Below are positions 61,162-64,000 of a stretch of 64,000 nucleotides of DNA, in pieces (positions within the stretch are counted from its first letter, which is position 1; the number at the start of each line of letters is the position of its first letter). Below the pieces are notes generated by a model. The model had not been told where the DNA came from, made no database searches, and saw only the letters and a program-made list of their open reading frames with translations. Origin of the DNA: Planctomycetota bacterium (GTDB lineage: Bacteria > Planctomycetota > UBA1135 > UBA2386); NCBI GenBank assembly GCA_021776805.1, contig JAJFFD010000210.1, forward strand, positions 6,908-70,907, given 5' to 3'. The position numbers and the translations under genes are program-made.

Positions 61162-62884
61162 TCGCAGCTCCGGTCTCCGAGTCGATCGGGGGTGCTTGGA
61201 GATTCAGGATTCTCTTGAGGGCATAGGCGGCAGCTTCTCGACCGGCGGCCGGAAACTGCTTGCGCTTAAGGACACCGACGAGATAGATCGCGAGCTCCTT
61301 GCTGCGCTTCTTACTCATCGCCTTGACCAAATCATCGGGCACAGTCTGCTTGCGCAGCTGACGCTCGATACGGTCCAGGTCCAGTCTGCGCACCAAATCC
61401 AGGGCCTCGGTAGAGACCTTGGTCTTGCGGTTATCGGCAATGCGGTAGACCTCTTCGATGCTGTCCTGATATTCGTGTCCGATCGCCAGGCTGAAGACAT
61501 GCTTGAGGATCAGCTGCTCGTCTTCGAGGGAGATACAGGATCCATTGCCAAACTCGGCGATGTCGGCGAAGCACTCTTCCGTGGCCTTTTGCACCTTACT
61601 ACCACTATGCGGAGTGGTCATGATGGAGTGCACGAAGGAGCGTCCATCGCGAGCGAAGCCCCGCACAAGTCGTTTGATCTTTTTGACGCTCTTGGGCTGG
61701 GGAGGGGCGTCACCAATAAGAACCACCACACGCTTCGCCCCCGGCTGCCAGTTCTGATCGAAGGCCTCATCGAGTCCTTCAAAGACTGCCTCCGGGGTAT
61801 CGCCCCCGCCGCCCGCATCCACCGACTGCATGAAGTTGACTGAGCGGTAGTAGTCCGAGCCCAGGGGGACGGATCTGGTCAGGTAGTCTTCGCTGGGGCC
61901 GCGATCACGGTAGGTCACGATTCCCATGCGAGTCTCAGGGATGAGGAAGTGCAAGACCCCAACCATGCGCTCGATGTGATCCTTCGTTGCGTTGAGCACC
62001 GGATTCATCGATCCAGTGCTGTCGAAGACGAAGATGATCTCGAGGCCGGATTTTCTGAGGTTGCTGACCGTGCGTTTGAAGCCGCCGGAGAGTTTGTTTT
62101 GCCCACCGAGATTCAGCACGTCCTTGTTTGACTGGCCTTTGATCTTCTCGAAGAGGGCGTCCGAATCGCCGAAGGCTTCAGCAAACTTGTTCGAGAGCGG
62201 ATTGAACTTCTCGTTCGGTGCTTCAGCGACCTCGACTTCCTCCGATTCGATGTGGATGTCCTGCAGGGATTGATCCTCTTCACTAAGCCGCTCGATTTCG
62301 ACCGGATCGTCAGTCTCAGGATGTGGTCCGACTACCTCGCTGCGATCTTCAGTTGAGACGATGGTCGCGAAGACCGATGCCCGGGGTGGTGGTGGTGGAA
62401 CCAGCCACCAGAGGAGAAAGAGGTAGATGATCAGATGGAAGGCTACGGAGCTCAGGACCCATGGAGTCCGGCGCATGACCGAGGCCATGTTCTCCGCGAA
62501 ACTCTCTTGCTGTCCCAGGCCGATGTGTAATCCAGGCCCGATGTGTGTCGACTGGAACTCGGGCATGAGCAAGGCCGGGGCCTTGCCAGCAGAGATCTGG
62601 ACCTGAATCTCGCCGAAGCGGAGCTTGGCCTTTCCAGGATTGAAGCTTGTCGCCTGAATCCTTGTGTCATCGACCCATGTGCCGGCCAAGGACCCCAGGT
62701 CTTCGACATGTACCTGGCCATCACGAAAACAAAGCCAGGCATGACGAGCGGAGATTGACCCATGGACGATGCGGATGTCGTTCTCCGGATCGGACCCAAT
62801 CGTGTAAGTGAGGTCAGGCCGGATCGGCAGATCCTGGCTGCCGATCCTCACCGTCAACTGGCGAGGGCCTGAATTCTGGGTCAT
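61109..62884 (-). CDS. FHA domain / TM / von Willebrand factor A domain protein
   Basis: 591 aa. The FHA domain reads YTIGSDPENDIRIVHGSISARHAWLCFRDGQVHVEDLGSLAGTWVDD. The TM reads WVLSSVAFHLIIYLFLLWWLV. An acidic linker follows. The vWA domain has the MIDAS motif IIFVFDSTGSM (DxSxS). Confidence 0.85.
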   Translation of the reverse strand: MTQNSGPRQLTVRIGSQDLPIRPDLTYTIGSDPENDIRIVHGSISARHAWLCFRDGQVHVEDLGSLAGTWVDDTRIQATSFNPGKAKLRFGEIQVQISAGKAPALLMPEFQSTHIGPGLHIGLGQQESFAENMASVMRRTPWVLSSVAFHLIIYLFLLWWLVPPPPPRASVFATIVSTEDRSEVVGPHPETDDPVEIERLSEEDQSLQDIHIESEEVEVAEAPNEKFNPLSNKFAEAFGDSDALFEKIKGQSNKDVLNLGGQNKLSGGFKRTVSNLRKSGLEIIFVFDSTGSMNPVLNATKDHIERMVGVLHFLIPETRMGIVTYRDRGPSEDYLTRSVPLGSDYYRSVNFMQSVDAGGGGDTPEAVFEGLDEAFDQNWQPGAKRVVVLIGDAPPQPKSVKKIKRLVRGFARDGRSFVHSIMTTPHSGSKVQKATEECFADIAEFGNGSCISLEDEQLILKHVFSLAIGHEYQDSIEEVYRIADNRKTKVSTEALDLVRRLDLDRIERQLRKQTVPDDLVKAMSKKRSKELAIYLVGVLKRKQFPAAGREAAAYALKRILNLQAPPIDSETGAAINRRTEAWLRRRIDNQL

Positions 62885-62898
62885 CGTGTAGTCTGGAC

Positions 62899-63777
62899 TT
62901 AGCGCGCCAGCTCATCCGAGTAACCTGCGAGTGCCCGGACGAGCATCTCCCTGTTTCCATCGGCCATTCGGCAGAGGGGGAGGCGGAATTCTTCGGCAAT
63001 CCTACCCTCTATTGCCAGGGCTGTCTTGATGGGCTGGGGGTTCGTTTCGACGCCCAGGGCGCGCATCAGGGGGAAGAGTCTCTCGTGGATTTTTCTGGCC
63101 CCTGCAAGGTCGTTTTCTCGGGCAGTTTGAACCAGATTGCTCATTTGCTCCGGGAGAAGGTTGCTCAGTACCGAAACCACGCCCACCGCACCCAAGGAAA
63201 GCATGGGCAAAGTAAGGCTGTCATCTCCGCTGAGGATTGCCAGATCGCAGCAGTCCCGTGTGGGCGTGATGTTCTCCACCGTGCCCGTCGCATCCTTGAT
63301 CGCCTGGATATTCGGATGCTCCGCCAACTTGGCGATGGTATCCATGCTCAGAGCGACACCGGTGCGGCCTGGAATGTTGTACAGCACCACCGGCAAAGCG
63401 CTGCAGTCAGCCACTGCAGAGAAGTGTGCGAAGAGGCCGGACTGTGAAGGTCGGTTGTAGTACGGATTGACACTGAGCACCGCCGTAGCTCCGGCCTTCT
63501 CCGCGGCCTTGGTCAGCCGAACTGCCTCGCTCGTAGAATTGCTGCCGGCGCCGGCGATGACCGGCACCCTCCCGTTCACCGCTTCGGTGACGAAGGCGAC
63601 TACCTGGTCATGCTCCTCGTGGCTGAGGCTTGGCGACTCCCCGGTGGTCCCGCAGGGGACGACAGCCGAGATGCTGCGGCTTAACATGTGGTCGATCAGG
63701 CCCGCCATCGCATCGAGATCAAGGCTGCCATTGCGGAACGGCGTGACCAAGGCCACCATGTTGCCAGTGAATTCCAT
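62899..63777 (-). CDS. dapA: 4-hydroxy-tetrahydrodipicolinate synthase DapA
   Basis: 292 aa from ATG 63777. It carries ALVTPF, PCGTTGESPSLSHEEH, YNIPGRTG and AIKDATG (the Schiff-base Lys region). Confidence 0.95.
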   Translation of the reverse strand: MEFTGNMVALVTPFRNGSLDLDAMAGLIDHMLSRSISAVVPCGTTGESPSLSHEEHDQVVAFVTEAVNGRVPVIAGAGSNSTSEAVRLTKAAEKAGATAVLSVNPYYNRPSQSGLFAHFSAVADCSALPVVLYNIPGRTGVALSMDTIAKLAEHPNIQAIKDATGTVENITPTRDCCDLAILSGDDSLTLPMLSLGAVGVVSVLSNLLPEQMSNLVQTARENDLAGARKIHERLFPLMRALGVETNPQPIKTALAIEGRIAEEFRLPLCRMADGNREMLVRALAGYSDELAR

Positions 63778-63846
63778 ACTCCACCAAACTATAGGGTTTG
63801 CCCAGCCCAGTGAAGTGCATCCGTGGGCGAGGGAGAATGCCCTGCT

Positions 63847-64000
63847 ATGAGCCTCAAGATTATCGGCGGTGAACACGGGGGCAGGATCCTCAAGTCGGTC
63901 CGCGGTTCACTTACCAGGCCCCTCCTGGGTCAGGTCCGGGAAGCCCTGTTCAATGTCCTGGGCGACCGGGTGGTCGAAGCCAGGGTTTGGGACCTGTTTG
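63847..64000 (+). CDS. rsmD: 16S rRNA (guanine966-N2)-methyltransferase RsmD, N-terminal fragment (3' end outside window)
   Basis: MSLKIIGGEHGGRILKSVRGSLTRPLLGQVREALFNVLGDRVVEARVWDLF matches the RsmD N-terminal pattern (iigG...gr.l......tRPt.drvrEalFn.l......vlDLF). Confidence 0.7.
   Translation, partial: MSLKIIGGEHGGRILKSVRGSLTRPLLGQVREALFNVLGDRVVEARVWDLF

Noticed and set aside
1-64000. Search by eye for CRISPR arrays, rRNA/tRNA genes, IS elements and long direct or tandem repeats
   Set aside because: None was recognised. Intergenic regions are short; the longest are about 230-260 nt. The only sizeable repeat is the flagellin gene duplication. A tRNAscan/Infernal/CRISPR-finder run would be needed to exclude small RNAs formally.

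Overview
This is a GC-rich (roughly 60% by eye), densely coding bacterial chromosomal segment. I saw no rRNA, tRNA, CRISPR array, transposase or integrase. Many adjacent genes overlap by 1-16 nt (ATGA, GTGA, TTGA junctions), so most of the window is organised as tight operons.

Content, left to right:
- (1) A flagellar core operon in Bacillus/spirochaete-like order: flgB (partial)-flgC-fliE-fliF-fliG-fliH-fliI-fliJ-YlxF/MotE-like-fliL-fliM-fliN (1-8901).
- (2) A convergent 1659-aa lipoprotein of unknown function, preceded by a porin gene and a strong hairpin terminator.
- (3) A molybdopterin oxidoreductase translationally coupled to a Cas4-like Fe-S nuclease and an SF1B helicase. Together the last two look like a split Dna2-like machine.
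- (4) ligA, preceded by a small protein with an SSB-type acidic tail ending in DELPF.
- (5) hpnC-hpnD-hpnE (three-step squalene synthesis) and a 2-Cys peroxiredoxin.
- (6) A methyltransferase-like/TPR protein, an AsmA-like protein, a degenerate Fic-fold protein and birA.
- (7) A second flagellar locus: a GT2-TPR protein, a TPR protein, a FliT-like protein, fliS, fliD and two tandem minimal flagellins.
- (8) Divergent from the flagellins, a nine-gene regulatory/envelope operon. It holds two sigma-54 activator response regulators, a sensor-less histidine kinase, a REC-STAS fusion, three envelope TPR-type proteins, a PAS kinase and a metallophosphoesterase.
- (9) A pair of Opp/Dpp-type permeases with no partner genes nearby.
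- (10) A GldA-like ATPase, a GldF-GldG fusion, and a downstream protein carrying a GspG-type pseudopilin domain.
- (11) A sugar-modification islet, an FHA-vWA membrane protein, dapA and the start of rsmD.

The candidates I consider most worth follow-up are the REC-STAS/sensor-less kinase/envelope-TPR operon next to the flagellins, the split Dna2-like nuclease-helicase pair, the SSB-tailed protein upstream of ligA, the giant lipoprotein with an apparently inactivated M6-peptidase-like region, and the GspG-like domain fused into the GldG-associated cluster.

All domain calls come from reading the translated ORFs against remembered family motifs. No searches were run.
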